This document shows positions 8,965 to 21,773 of a stretch of DNA of 44,174 nucleotides, piece by piece (the stretch's first letter is position 1; every line of letters starts with the position of its first letter). A program made the position numbers and the translations under genes. The DNA lies in contig JAYOTF010000029.1 of NCBI GenBank assembly GCA_038150265.1, positions 1-44,174 of the forward strand. Direction: 5' to 3'. Origin of the DNA: Deltaproteobacteria bacterium (GTDB taxonomy: Bacteria > SAR324 > NAC60-12). The notes under the pieces were generated by a model. That model made no database searches. It had not been told where the DNA came from and saw only the letters and a program-made list of their open reading frames with translations.

Positions 8965-11060
8965 GCCAGCGGCTCCGGTTGGGGGAGAGAAGAACGCGGC
9001 TCCGGTTTTTGAGCCACCAGCGTCAAGATCGTGTACACCGCCACCGGCTCCTGGTGCTGGTTGAAGACCTCGACATCCCATGCCACCACCCCTTGCGGCA
9101 CCTCCCCTTCCCGAGGAGGCTTGGGCGCCTTGCGCTTGCAGGTGAGGCGGACCTGAATGGTGTCTCCCAGGTAAACCGGTTGAATGAAGCGGAGGTGGTC
9201 GAGTCCATAATTGGCCAGTACGGGACCAGGGGCGGGGTGCACAAAAAGCCCTGCAGCCGCCGAGAGGATGAAGTAACCGTGCGCCACCCGCTTTTCAAAG
9301 ACCGGAGACTCCTGCACCGCCAGCTCATCAACATGCGCATAAAACCAGTCTCCAGACAGGCCTGCAAAGTTGACCACATCTGCTTCCGTGATCGTCCGCC
9401 GGTGCGTCCAGAGGGTTTCCCCAACCACCAGCTCGTCAAAGTACTTCCGGAAAGGATGAATGCGGTCTTCATGCTGCTCAGCGCCTCGGATCCACTCTCC
9501 GGTGATGCGGGTGAGGGTCTCCGGAGCCCCCTGCAGCGCCACCCGCTGCATGTAAAACAGCACCCCGCGGACGCCTCCCAGCTCCTGTCCGCCCCCGGCC
9601 CGTCCGGGTCCCCCATGCACGAGCTGAGGCATCGGCGAACCGTGTCCGGTGGACTCTGGAGCGCTGTGCCGATTCAGCACCAACAGCCGTCCGTGGTAGG
9701 GGGCGAGCCCCAGCACCAGCTTCCCGGCAATGGCATCCTCTGCCGTGACCACTGTGGCCACCAGGCTTCCCTTGCCACGAGCGGCAATCTCAATGGCGTC
9801 CTCCAGCGTCTGGAACGGCATGAGGGTGCTGACGGGGCCAAAGGCTTCCACCTCATGAACCTTCTCACTCTCCAGCGGCTGGACGCAGCGGAGCAAGACG
9901 GGCTCACAGAAGGCACCCGTTTGCGGAGCCGCCGGAGCCTGGTAAACCACTTCGGCCTCCTCCTGAAGCTCCGAGATGCGTGCTCGGGTGACCGCCACCT
10001 GCTGGGCATCCACCAGCGCGCCGATGCGCACCCCCTCTTGCTCCGGATCTCCCAGCGTGAGGCGACTCAGCCGCTCCTTGAGCGCGTCCACTACGGCGTC
10101 CATCTGCGCCTCAGGAACCAAGACGCGGCGGATCGCCGTACACTTCTGGCCCGCCTTCGCCGTCATCTCCCGGACCACTTCCTTCACGAAGATCGCAAAC
10201 TCCGGCATCGTTGGGGTCACATCTGGCCCAAGGACAATGCTGTTGAGGGAGTCGGCTTCGAGGTTGAAGCGGACATTCTCCTGCAACACCGTCGGGTGCG
10301 ACTTGAGTCGCAGCCCTGTGGCCGCCGAGCCGGTAAAGGTCACCACGTCCTGCGCCGTGAGGTGCTGAAAGAGATCCCCCGAGCCCGAAGGGTGGCACAC
10401 GCGGTCCACCTCGGTGTTGCTGAGGCAGAGCAGCTGCAGGGAGCCTTCAGGCAGCAGGCCGGAGTCGATCATCACCCGGGCCATGGCCTCGGTGACGTAT
10501 GCGGTCTGCGGAGCCGGCTTGATGAGGGAGGGCACCCCGGCGAGGAAGGTGCAGGCGAACTTTTCCAGCATCCCCCAGCAGGGAAAGTTGAAGGCGTTGA
10601 GGTGCAGCGCCGCGCCCTGAAGGGGCACACAGAGGTGCCGCCCCAGGAAGGTGCCGCTCCGCGAGAGCGGAGCCAGGTCACTTTCCACATGAAAGGGCTG
10701 GTCCGGAAACTCGCGGCGCCCCAGGCTGGCATACGTAAAGAGGGTGCCAATGCCTCCTTCGATGTCAATCCACGAGTCGGCTCGGGTGGCTCCGGTCGCT
10801 TTGGAGATTTCGTAAAAGGCTTCCTTGTGTTCCATCAACAGCCGTGCGAGGGACCGCAGGGCGAGTGCGCGCTGGTGAAACGTCAGAGCCCGAAGAGCCG
10901 GGCCTCCGGTGGCACGAGCGTACTGCAGCACCCGGGGGAGGTCGATCCCGGAGCCGTCAATTTCAGCCACCGGGGCGCCCGTAATCGCGTGATGCACCAC
11001 TTGACCGGAGCCGCTTCCCTGATGCCAGGCGCCACAAACGTAGCTGGCTGTTTTCTCCAT
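8961..11060 (-). CDS. paaZ: Bifunctional aldehyde dehydrogenase / oxepin-CoA hydrolase PaaZ (MaoC fusion)
   Basis: ALDH domain with [39 protein letters not shown]-terminal MaoC domain [10 protein letters not shown]...SGDWFYAH...RVAHGYF. Confidence 0.93.
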   Translation of the reverse strand: MEKTASYVCGAWHQGSGSGQVVHHAITGAPVAEIDGSGIDLPRVLQYARATGGPALRALTFHQRALALRSLARLLMEHKEAFYEISKATGATRADSWIDIEGGIGTLFTYASLGRREFPDQPFHVESDLAPLSRSGTFLGRHLCVPLQGAALHLNAFNFPCWGMLEKFACTFLAGVPSLIKPAPQTAYVTEAMARVMIDSGLLPEGSLQLLCLSNTEVDRVCHPSGSGDLFQHLTAQDVVTFTGSAATGLRLKSHPTVLQENVRFNLEADSLNSIVLGPDVTPTMPEFAIFVKEVVREMTAKAGQKCTAIRRVLVPEAQMDAVVDALKERLSRLTLGDPEQEGVRIGALVDAQQVAVTRARISELQEEAEVVYQAPAAPQTGAFCEPVLLRCVQPLESEKVHEVEAFGPVSTLMPFQTLEDAIEIAARGKGSLVATVVTAEDAIAGKLVLGLAPYHGRLLVLNRHSAPESTGHGSPMPQLVHGGPGRAGGGQELGGVRGVLFYMQRVALQGAPETLTRITGEWIRGAEQHEDRIHPFRKYFDELVVGETLWTHRRTITEADVVNFAGLSGDWFYAHVDELAVQESPVFEKRVAHGYFILSAAAGLFVHPAPGPVLANYGLDHLRFIQPVYLGDTIQVRLTCKRKAPKPPREGEVPQGVVAWDVEVFNQHQEPVAVYTILTLVAQKPEPRSSLPQPEPLA

Positions 11061-11080
11061 TTCACACCTGATCACAGCGG

Positions 11081-12517
11081 TTAAAGCAAGGGTTCCGGAC
11101 GCAAGGCGGCGGCCTCTGGAGCCTGAGCCAAACGCTCGCGCACTTCCGCCACAAACCGGTCGGCCTGCTCCGGTGCAAAGGCAACAAAGCGGCTCGGGTC
11201 CTTGAGGATGTCCTCGATTTCAGAGCCCTCCAGCGGAAACCGCTCATCTGCTGCCAGCCGTTCCGGAAGGTCGTTGTGGGGCTGTGTTCCATTCCGGAGG
11301 GCTTCGGCAACGGCCACCGCGTGTTCCTTGATGACCTCGTGGGTGCCCTCGCGTCCGGCCCCACGCTTGACGGCTTCCATCAGCAAGGTGGTGGTGGCCA
11401 GGAAGGGCAGCACCTGGCGGACCTCCTGGTTCAGAGCCGCTTCATAGAAGCCCATCTCGTGCAAGACGGTCATCCACGCCTCCAGCTGTCCATCCAGGGC
11501 AAAGAAGGCGCCCGGAAGCGCCACCCGCCGGACCACGGAGCACGCCACATCCCCTTCGTTCCACTGGTCGCCACTGAGGCCCATGAGCATGTTGAGCTGT
11601 CCATTGAGGATGTGGTGGAAGCCATTGATGCGTTCACAGGTCCGGGCATTCATCTTGTGGGGCATGGCCGAGGAGCCGACCTGTCCCTTCTGAAAGCCTT
11701 CGGTCGCCAGCCCCTGTCCGGCCATCAGGCGCAGCGTCTTGGCAAAGCTGGAGACTCCGGAACTGATGGCAAAGAGCGCATGGACCGCCTCTGTGTCCAG
11801 CCCACGGGGATAGACCTGCCCAACGGCATTGAGGGTTTGCGGACAGTTGAGGTGGGCCGCCACGCGGTCCCCCAGCTGCTGCACCCGGTCCTCATCGCCA
11901 TCGAAGAGCACGCTTTGGTCGAGGCGGGTGCCAATCGCGCCCTGCAGCCCCCGCATCGGGTAGTGCGCCATCAGGTCTTCCAGTCGACGCAGGGCGATCA
12001 GGACCTCCTGTCCGAACATGGCCAACCGCTTCCCGACGGTGGTGGGCTGCGCCGGAACGTTATGGGTCCGGCCGACCAGCATCCAGTCTCGGGTACGCTC
12101 CGACCAATCGGCGAGCAAGCCAAGCGCGGCAAGGGTCTTCTGCTGAACCAGCTGCAGCGACCGGAGCACCTGAAGCTGCTCCACGTTGTCCGTGAGGTCT
12201 CGGCTGGTCATGCCCTTGTGCAGGTGCTCCACTCCGGCGAGGTCGCAGAACTCCTCAATCCGGGACTTGACGTCATGCCGGAGTTGCTTCTCTCGGTCGG
12301 CAATGCGTGCCAGGTTCACGTCGTCCTTCACCCGCTCATACGCGGCAATCGCATCTTCCGGAATCGCCAGCCCCAGCTCACGCTGAGCCTTCATGACCGC
12401 AATCCAGAATTCTCGTTCCAGCCGAATCTTTCCGGCCGGCGACCAAAGGGCAGCCATGGCTGTGCTGGCATAACGAGAGGCAAGGATGTCGGGAATGTCC
12501 GGTTTTACTGAGGTCAT
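11081..12517 (-). CDS. purB: Adenylosuccinate lyase
   Basis: RHDVK, HKGMTSRD, GRTHNVPAQPTT and the SSAMPHKMN fumarate-lyase signature; start at MTSVKPDIPD. Confidence 0.95.
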   Translation of the reverse strand: MTSVKPDIPDILASRYASTAMAALWSPAGKIRLEREFWIAVMKAQRELGLAIPEDAIAAYERVKDDVNLARIADREKQLRHDVKSRIEEFCDLAGVEHLHKGMTSRDLTDNVEQLQVLRSLQLVQQKTLAALGLLADWSERTRDWMLVGRTHNVPAQPTTVGKRLAMFGQEVLIALRRLEDLMAHYPMRGLQGAIGTRLDQSVLFDGDEDRVQQLGDRVAAHLNCPQTLNAVGQVYPRGLDTEAVHALFAISSGVSSFAKTLRLMAGQGLATEGFQKGQVGSSAMPHKMNARTCERINGFHHILNGQLNMLMGLSGDQWNEGDVACSVVRRVALPGAFFALDGQLEAWMTVLHEMGFYEAALNQEVRQVLPFLATTTLLMEAVKRGAGREGTHEVIKEHAVAVAEALRNGTQPHNDLPERLAADERFPLEGSEIEDILKDPSRFVAFAPEQADRFVAEVRERLAQAPEAAALRPEPLL

Positions 12518-12616
12518 GCGCTGATGCAGGAAAAAGGGAGGGGAAAAGAGACCAAACCAGTACCTTAGCACCGGTTGACGCCACAACCAAGCAAACAACA
12601 GGTGCTGCGGTGGGCG

Positions 12617-15180
<2,564 letters not shown>

Positions 15181-15184
<4 letters not shown>

Positions 15185-15495
15185 CGACCGGGAGGCCTGG
15201 TCAGGTCCCGGGGGGTGGGCGCAAAGTAACGGGTGAATCGATCCGGGGCAATGCGTCCGTTGTACTGCTTGACCGTCCGCTTCAGCCACCAGTACGGAAG
15301 CGTCTCGTTCTCTTCATCCTGCTTTTTCTCGGCGGTGGCCTGAATTTCCGCCACTTCTCGGGCATTAAAGGAGGTCCCATGCTTGAAGTGGCGCGTAGGT
15401 TGCTTGGACGGTTTACCAGTTGCTGAAACCTGAGTGGCCACCAGCAGCACGCTTCCGGTGAGCAGCCACCGGCACCAGGTTGAGGTCAGTTTCAT
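15181..15495 (-). CDS. Small secreted basic hypothetical protein
   Basis: 104 aa; signal peptide ending 'QVSA'; fills the gap upstream of guaB; no recognised domain. Confidence 0.65.
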
Positions 15496-15759
15496 CGAAT
15501 CAGGATGGGGAGTGAGGGTTCAGACCCGCCCAGAGGGCGCTCCAGCCAAAAACAAGTTTGTGGTCAGGGAACGCAAGTTTTATTCCCGGGAGCCCTGACC
15601 CTTCCGAGAAGGAGCCGCTTTCCCTCTGGTGGGAAAACCCTGCCGGAAAAATCACATCAGGCCGTTGAAACTTGATCAATCCCCGGGAACACGATAATCT
15701 TCGAGAATCAACGCACCCTACTTAAAAGTTTCATCTTCAATTAGGTAACAGGAAGGCCC

Positions 15760-16224
15760 GTGTATCAGATCAAACTGGATGAAGAGTTTGTGTCGAAGCT
15801 GACAATGGAAGGCAAGGTGTGGCTGGCCAAGGCCATGGTTGCCGTGCTGATTGTGGACAAGCAACTCGACGCCACGGAGCTTCATTACATGAAGGAAGCC
15901 TTCGACCTGTTGCAGGACAACGAAGAGGAGCTGAACAAGCTCATGGAGTGCGCCAAGCAGCGCGAGACTCCGGACATGCCAAATCTGCTTTCCGACCGCG
16001 AGTACGCAGGGGAATTCTTTTACTACCTGGCCACCCTGGTCGCTGCCGACGGAAAGGTAAAGACCTCGGAGGTCAACCTGCTGATGACCATCTGCGGCAA
16101 GCTTGGGTTTGCCCCTCGGTCGGCCAAAGAGGTGCTCCGCTGGGCCTCGGATCTGGTGAAGCTCAACAAGGAAAAGGAGCTGATGGTCGACGCCCTTTCC
16201 AAAGTGCCCCCTGTCTACTCCTGA
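15760..16224 (+). CDS. TerB/DnaJ-N-like (tellurite resistance TerB family) protein
   Basis: Two TerB-type motifs, 'VDKQLDATE' and 'AADGKVKTSE..LL..IC..LG'; GTG start with upstream GGAAGG. Confidence 0.75.
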   Translation: MYQIKLDEEFVSKLTMEGKVWLAKAMVAVLIVDKQLDATELHYMKEAFDLLQDNEEELNKLMECAKQRETPDMPNLLSDREYAGEFFYYLATLVAADGKVKTSEVNLLMTICGKLGFAPRSAKEVLRWASDLVKLNKEKELMVDALSKVPPVYS

Positions 16225-16230
16225 TCGACC

Positions 16231-18726
16231 TCAGTGGATGTCAAAGCGGAACACGTTTCCCACGGCATCCACGTGCACGCGGCTTCCCTCCCGAATTTCT
16301 CCTGAAAGCAACTTGGTGGCCACCACCTCCTGAATTTCCCGCTGGATGAGCCGTTCCAGCGGATGAGCCCCTGCTCGGGGGTCCTGCCCACGCTGCGCCA
16401 GGTTCATCAGCACCGCCTCACCATAGCCAAAGTCCACCCGCCGGGCTTGCAGCTGCTGCCGGATCTGGAGCAGGTGCGCCTCCACCACCTGCCGCATCTG
16501 GTTCCCCTCCAGCGGCTGATAGATCAGCACCTCGTCCAGACGCTCCCGCAGCTCACTGGGAAAATGAGCGTGCGCCTGAGCGTTCAGTTGGGCAGCGCAC
16601 TCCTCCGCCTCAGGAGCCTCTTCCTCGCCCCAGGGCACAGGGAGGTGCAGGGTGAAGAAGAAGATCATGTCCTGAAAATCCACCCCGTTGAGTTCTCCAA
16701 GCCGCCCATCGCTCAGAATCTGCCCAAGCCGGTGGAGGACCTCCGGATGCGCACGATGGGCGTCTTCCAGCAGCAAGACGCCATACCGCTGACGTCGCAC
16801 CAGAGAGGCCAGCGAGTTGGGGCTGCTTCCAAAGAGGCGCTGCCCTGCAGAGGCATCGCTGTACTCCGAGAGGTCAAAGCGCAGGGGCATGCTCCGGAAG
16901 AGCAACTGAGACAGCGCCTTGGCCGTGGTGTGCTTGCCCACGCCGGAGCCGCCTGCCAGCAGAAATGCCCCGGCTGGACGTGCAGAAGCGTGCAGTCCGG
17001 CCCGGTTGCGACGCAGGGTCGATGCCAACCGCTCCAGGGCCCCTTCCTGACCAAACACCCGGCGCCCCAGCTGGGCCTCGAGCTGCAAGAGGGTGTCTTT
17101 GCCCTGATCCAGCAATTGGTTGAGGTCCACGCCACACCGGTGACTGATCACCCGCGCAATCTCTTCCTCATCGACCTCCTCCTTGAGAAGCCGTCCCGGA
17201 CGCTCCTTGAATCGCTGAAGGGCCGACTGCTGTTCCTGCTCCAGCTGGACAATGGTTCCAAAGTGAAGCTGAGCCGCACGTTCCAGGTCTCCGGCCCCCT
17301 GGGCCTCCTGTTCTTCCATCCGAGCGGCATCAATGCGTCCCTGAAGTTCATCCAGTTGCTGCAGCAGCATCCGCTCTTCCTGCCACCGTTCCTTGAGGTC
17401 CTGCAGCTTTTGCTGAACCTGCGGCAGCTCCCGCTGCACTTCCAGAAGCCGCTGGCTGGAGGTGGGTTCGTAACGCAAGGATTCCTGCTCGAGCTCCAGC
17501 TGACGGAGCTGACGCTCCAGCACCTCCACTCCGTCCGGAACCGAATCAAACTGCATCCGGACGGAGGTCGCCGCCTCGTCCAGCAGGTCCAGCGCCTTGT
17601 CGGGCAGAAACCGGGTCGGCAAGAACCGAGTGGACCAACGGACGGCGGCTGAAAGGGCAGAGTCTCGGATCCGGACCTGATGATGCTCCTCGTAGCGGTG
17701 CTTGGCGCCCCGGAGGATCGCCAGGGCTGTTGCTTCATCGGGCTCTTCCAGCAAAATCGCCTGGACGTGCCGCATCAGGGTGGTGTCGGCTTCGAGGTGT
17801 TCTCGGAACCACGACCGCACACAGGTCGCAATGAAGGGGGCCTGGTGTTCCTGCAGCAACTGGAAGAGGAACCGCACCGTCTCGGCCGGCAGTTGATGGA
17901 GGTCCTCAATGACCAGCAGAAACGGAGGCTCCGACGGAAGCTGCTGCAAAAACGACTTCAGGCGAGCCTCATGTTCCAGGTACCCACGGGCTCCGACCAA
18001 AAGCTTGGGCGCTGGAAAACGCTGCAGCGTCACGCCCTGGAGGCGCTCGGGGACACTGCCCGCCGCCATCCGTGCCGCCAGTCCGTGAACCACCATCGTC
18101 TTGCCCACCCCCGGCTCTCCGACCAGCAGCGCGTTGGAATGCGTCCGGCGGCAAAGCACCTGAATGAGCTCGCGCAGCTCGCTGTCTCGGCCAATGGGCT
18201 GATGCTCCAGGGGGGCAAGCGGTGTTGGAGCCGCCACTTCCGGAGCCGTTTGGGGCAAGGGATCGGCCGATGCCGCTTCTGCAGGAGGATCGTCCAGGGC
18301 CACCTCTTCAGGAGGATCCGGAGGAAGCTCTGGCTCCGGAAGCTCCGGGAACCAGGCCCCAAGGGGAGTGGCGTGCCGCAGGGCCAGAAGCAGGTGTTCG
18401 GGCGCCACCGGGAAGCCGGCGTTCCGGAGCGCCGTGTGTTCCGCTGCCAGGAGCAGGGCCTTCAGCTCCTGAGAGATGTAGGCCTGTTGCAATTCCGGCT
18501 GTTGCGGTTCGTGCTGAAGCAGACCGGCCACCTGCTGGGGCAAGGCCTCAGCCTCTTCCAGCTCCGTCCGCAGGGAAATCAGGACTTCATTGTTCGCGTC
18601 CTCCAGCAGGCTCTGCAGGAGGTGCGACGGCTTGACCAGCTCGTGTCCAAGGCGGGTGGCCCGTTCCACGCTCAAGCGAAGCCAGGCCTCCGCATCCGGA
18701 GAGAAGTTTTCCAGGGAAATGCTCAT
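16231..18726 (-). CDS. ClpB-like AAA+ protein with degenerate ATPase motifs
   Basis: Clp N-domain, 'PIGRDSELR', GEPGVGKT, 'RYEEHHQVRIRDSAL', 'LPDKALDLLDEAA', middle coiled coil ('GDLERAAQLHFG') and a second AAA domain; many catalytic residues are substituted. Confidence 0.85.
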   Translation of the reverse strand: MSISLENFSPDAEAWLRLSVERATRLGHELVKPSHLLQSLLEDANNEVLISLRTELEEAEALPQQVAGLLQHEPQQPELQQAYISQELKALLLAAEHTALRNAGFPVAPEHLLLALRHATPLGAWFPELPEPELPPDPPEEVALDDPPAEAASADPLPQTAPEVAAPTPLAPLEHQPIGRDSELRELIQVLCRRTHSNALLVGEPGVGKTMVVHGLAARMAAGSVPERLQGVTLQRFPAPKLLVGARGYLEHEARLKSFLQQLPSEPPFLLVIEDLHQLPAETVRFLFQLLQEHQAPFIATCVRSWFREHLEADTTLMRHVQAILLEEPDEATALAILRGAKHRYEEHHQVRIRDSALSAAVRWSTRFLPTRFLPDKALDLLDEAATSVRMQFDSVPDGVEVLERQLRQLELEQESLRYEPTSSQRLLEVQRELPQVQQKLQDLKERWQEERMLLQQLDELQGRIDAARMEEQEAQGAGDLERAAQLHFGTIVQLEQEQQSALQRFKERPGRLLKEEVDEEEIARVISHRCGVDLNQLLDQGKDTLLQLEAQLGRRVFGQEGALERLASTLRRNRAGLHASARPAGAFLLAGGSGVGKHTTAKALSQLLFRSMPLRFDLSEYSDASAGQRLFGSSPNSLASLVRRQRYGVLLLEDAHRAHPEVLHRLGQILSDGRLGELNGVDFQDMIFFFTLHLPVPWGEEEAPEAEECAAQLNAQAHAHFPSELRERLDEVLIYQPLEGNQMRQVVEAHLLQIRQQLQARRVDFGYGEAVLMNLAQRGQDPRAGAHPLERLIQREIQEVVATKLLSGEIREGSRVHVDAVGNVFRFDIH

Positions 18727-18750
18727 GGGGTCGAGACGAAGCGGTCAGGC

Positions 18751-19245
18751 TTAGCGAAAGGGGTTGCGTTGCTTCGTCATCACTTCCCGCAGGCGAAGCT
18801 GAATCTGAGACTCCGAGGTAACCGTCGAGGTGGGGTACTCCTTGGAGCCCACCAAGGCCTTGTCTGCCGTTGGGAGGGTCCCAAAGGGGTTGGCGGTGCC
18901 CTTCACATTGACCACAGGCAGGGGCTCTGCTTCCTCAATGGTGGGAGTCTTGTAGTGCTCTTCCTTGCGACCATCAATGGAGGTGATGATCGGAGCCTTG
19001 GCCTCCTTGATCCCAAACTTCTGTTCCTTGAAGTCGATCTTCGATTTCGGAAGTGAGCGGAGCCGGTCGGCCTGCTGGCGGACCACTTCCTGCTCATAAG
19101 GCGACAGGTTCTGGGGCAGGTTCCGGCCCATGATCAGGCGCAACCGAAGATCGGTGGTGCGGATGGTTTGCTCATCCTGCGCCCACCCGTGGGCGCTCAG
19201 AAGGACCAGGCACAGCAAGATTCCGATGGATTTGATTCCGCTCAT
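18751..19245 (-). CDS. Secreted hypothetical protein
   Basis: 164 aa; signal peptide ending 'AHGWA'; GAGGAG RBS upstream. Confidence 0.7.
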   Translation of the reverse strand: MSGIKSIGILLCLVLLSAHGWAQDEQTIRTTDLRLRLIMGRNLPQNLSPYEQEVVRQQADRLRSLPKSKIDFKEQKFGIKEAKAPIITSIDGRKEEHYKTPTIEEAEPLPVVNVKGTANPFGTLPTADKALVGSKEYPTSTVTSESQIQLRLREVMTKQRNPFR

Positions 19246-19278
19246 GATCGACTCCTCGTCATGATGAGAGCCCAGGGC

Positions 19279-20682
19279 TCAACTGAGAAAGGCCTCGTGG
19301 ATCACCTGCAGGGCCTTCTGGGCATCCGCTTGCCCAATCACACAGGAGATGTTGATCTCAGAGGCACCTTGGGTAATCAACTCGAGGTTGATGCCCGCGT
19401 TGGCAAGGGTGGAAAACATCTTCCCCGAGACCCCAACCGTGGAGTGCATGCCCTCACCCACCAGGCTCAGAATGGCCCGGTCCTTTTCCAGGGTCACGTC
19501 TCCCAATTCACGCAGGTCCACCAGGAGCTCCGTGAGCCGATCGGACGCCTCAACGGTGCAGGAAATGTTCACTTCCGAAGTGGAAATGAGGTCAATGACG
19601 ACATTGTGCCGGCGAAACGCATCAAACACCTGCGCAATGAATCCGGAGGCATGGAGCATGCGGTTGGAGTGAATGTTGAGCACGTTGACGTGGTTCTTGG
19701 TCGTCACGGCCACCGCGACGCGGTTCTGTTCACGACGCAGGTTGCGCTCCGCCTCTCCCAGCCCTTCCGGAACAATCACCGTGCCGGGTTTTTCCGGGGC
19801 AAAGGTGTTCTTGATGCGGATGGCCACCTGGTTCTTGATGGCGCGCTCCATGGTAAACGGGTGAATCACTTCGGAGCCAAAGTAAGTCAGCTCCGCCGCC
19901 TCGGCAGGCGAGATTTCATCCAGCACCTGGGCCTGAGGCACCTTCCGGGGGTCCGCTGAAAAGATGCCGTCCACTTCCTTCCAGATCTGAAGCTCCTGCG
20001 CCTTCAGCTCCGCGGCAATCAACGCGGCCGTCAGGTCCGTGTAGCCGCGGCCAATGCGCTCCAGGATGCCTCCATTGACGAAGCCAAAGAACCCCGTGAC
20101 CACCGGAATGCGCCGCTCCTGCGGAAGCAGGTCCACAAAATCACGCTGCAGGTTCAGGTAGAAGGCGTCGTCGTTCACCTCGCTGTCTGTCTGCACACAC
20201 TCGGAAAGGTTCACATACACCGCGTCCACCCCCATGCCTCGGAGGACACCGGCCAGCAGCCGGGCAGAAAGACGCTCGCCGGTTCCCACAATCAGGTCCT
20301 GAGAACGGGGCGAGATTTCGCGAATGACGTTGATGGCTTCCAGGAAGGACTTGAGGCCCCGGAGTTCCTGCTGAATGCCCTCTTGAATCTCCGCCCGGAT
20401 GTCCGAGTCCGGAATCGCCTGCTCCAGCGCCTCAAGGTGCGTCTGCTCCACCAGGTCCAGAATGCGGAAGAAGGGACCTCCCAACAGCGCTTGCTGCCCG
20501 GCTTCCAGGAGGCGGCTCGTGGTGCCTTCAGCCTTGGTGTAACTGCTCATGGCGCTGACCACCACCACGGGCCAGGCCGCTTGCTGAGACTGTTTGATGA
20601 TCCGGGCGACGTTGAGCAACCGCTCCGCGTTTCCCAAACTCGTGCCACCAAATTTTTGAACGACAAAAGGAGCCGCAGACAT
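19279..20682 (-). CDS. lysC: Aspartate kinase (Hom3/fungal-type) with two ACT domains
   Basis: VVQKFGGTS, GRGYTDLTAA, WKEVDGIFSADPRKVP, TYFGSEVIHPFTME, C-terminal ACT repeats ('DLISTSE', 'ITQGASEINISCVI'). Confidence 0.93.
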   Translation of the reverse strand: MSAAPFVVQKFGGTSLGNAERLLNVARIIKQSQQAAWPVVVVSAMSSYTKAEGTTSRLLEAGQQALLGGPFFRILDLVEQTHLEALEQAIPDSDIRAEIQEGIQQELRGLKSFLEAINVIREISPRSQDLIVGTGERLSARLLAGVLRGMGVDAVYVNLSECVQTDSEVNDDAFYLNLQRDFVDLLPQERRIPVVTGFFGFVNGGILERIGRGYTDLTAALIAAELKAQELQIWKEVDGIFSADPRKVPQAQVLDEISPAEAAELTYFGSEVIHPFTMERAIKNQVAIRIKNTFAPEKPGTVIVPEGLGEAERNLRREQNRVAVAVTTKNHVNVLNIHSNRMLHASGFIAQVFDAFRRHNVVIDLISTSEVNISCTVEASDRLTELLVDLRELGDVTLEKDRAILSLVGEGMHSTVGVSGKMFSTLANAGINLELITQGASEINISCVIGQADAQKALQVIHEAFLS

Positions 20683-20831
20683 AATCAGAGGGTCCAAAGG
20701 AAATGGGGGTTGTGAGAACAACAAATAAAACAGCTAACCTAGCACCTTTCCCGAAAAAACGGAAACCTCAACCGAGCAGAAGTGGACCCGATGGGGAGGG
20801 CTCTGCAGAAGGAGCTGCAGCAGGAATCGGC

Positions 20832-21335
20832 TCAGGACTCGGAGGAATCCTGGTGCAGGAGCGCGGTGAGGCACGACATGGGGGGAGACGGTGCCAGCTT
20901 GATGGGCTTGGTGACCACGTAGGTGTAGTATCGGCTCAGCCCGATCTCCCGGCTCAACAGCCCCTCCACCAGTTGCTGATACGACTCAATGGAGGGGCAG
21001 ATGAACTTGAGGAGGTAGTCAAATCCGCCTCCCAGGGCCCAGCACTCAACCACTTCCGGAAGCTGCACCACTGCAGCTTCGAACTGCCGAAAGTCCTCCG
21101 CCTGGTGCCGGTTCAGCTCCGCCAGCATGAAGATCGAGGTCAAGGACCCGAAGGCCTTCATGGAGATCTGCGCTCCGTAGCCTTCAATGATGCCGTGGTC
21201 CTCCAGGCGTTTCAGGCGCTCCCAGCACGGGGAGACGGAAAGGTGAATGCGGGCCGCCAGGTCGGTCTTGGAGATGCGCCCTTCCTTTTGAAGGACCGCC
21301 AGTATCTGCAGGTCGCGCTCATCCAGTTTCAACAT
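20832..21335 (-). CDS. Lrp/AsnC family transcriptional regulator (DoeX-like)
   Basis: 'LDERDLQILAVLQKEGRIS..DLA..IHLSVSPCWERLKRLE..GIIEGY' HTH plus a RAM domain 'VVECWALGGGFDYLLK...RYYTYVVTK'. Confidence 0.92.
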   Translation of the reverse strand: MLKLDERDLQILAVLQKEGRISKTDLAARIHLSVSPCWERLKRLEDHGIIEGYGAQISMKAFGSLTSIFMLAELNRHQAEDFRQFEAAVVQLPEVVECWALGGGFDYLLKFICPSIESYQQLVEGLLSREIGLSRYYTYVVTKPIKLAPSPPMSCLTALLHQDSSES

Positions 21336-21395
21336 TCCATTCCGTTTTGCGTGCGCCGGCCCCTTGTGAGGAGGGGACCCGGTGACCGATCGCGC

Positions 21396-21773
21396 TCAAT
21401 GCAGAAGGGGCTGCGGCGCGTTGACCTCTCCCAGCAGGGAGCTGATCTCATCCAATTCGCTGATCCAGGGAAGGGGCTGGCCACTCCGGATTGCTGGGGG
21501 GCCCGGGTGCAGCGTCGGATCATTCAGCAGCTGCGTCACCTCTCCTGAAATCTGCCGGGTCAGCTCCTCTTCCACCAACTGATTCAGCCCAAACCAGTCT
21601 TCTGGCACCGCGGTGGCCTCCGGTTCCTGAGCAGCCAAGGCAAACGGGGCCTGCTCTGCTGCCGCCTGCAGCGACACCTGCGCCCGCTCTTCCCGCAGTT
21701 GCCGGAGCATCAAGACAATTTCCTGAACGCTGACGCGTTGGTTGCGGTCAATGTGAATTCGTACTTTGGACAT
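21396..21773 (-). CDS. Hypothetical protein
   Basis: 125-aa ORF filling the gap between the TPR and Lrp genes; ATG preceded by GAAGGT. Confidence 0.6.
   Translation of the reverse strand: MSKVRIHIDRNQRVSVQEIVLMLRQLREERAQVSLQAAAEQAPFALAAQEPEATAVPEDWFGLNQLVEEELTRQISGEVTQLLNDPTLHPGPPAIRSGQPLPWISELDEISSLLGEVNAPQPLLH

Noticed and set aside
5353..11084. Long plus-strand ORFs (814, 401 and 701 aa)
   Set aside because: Antisense to hrpA, EamA and paaZ; such open frames are common in GC-rich genomes.
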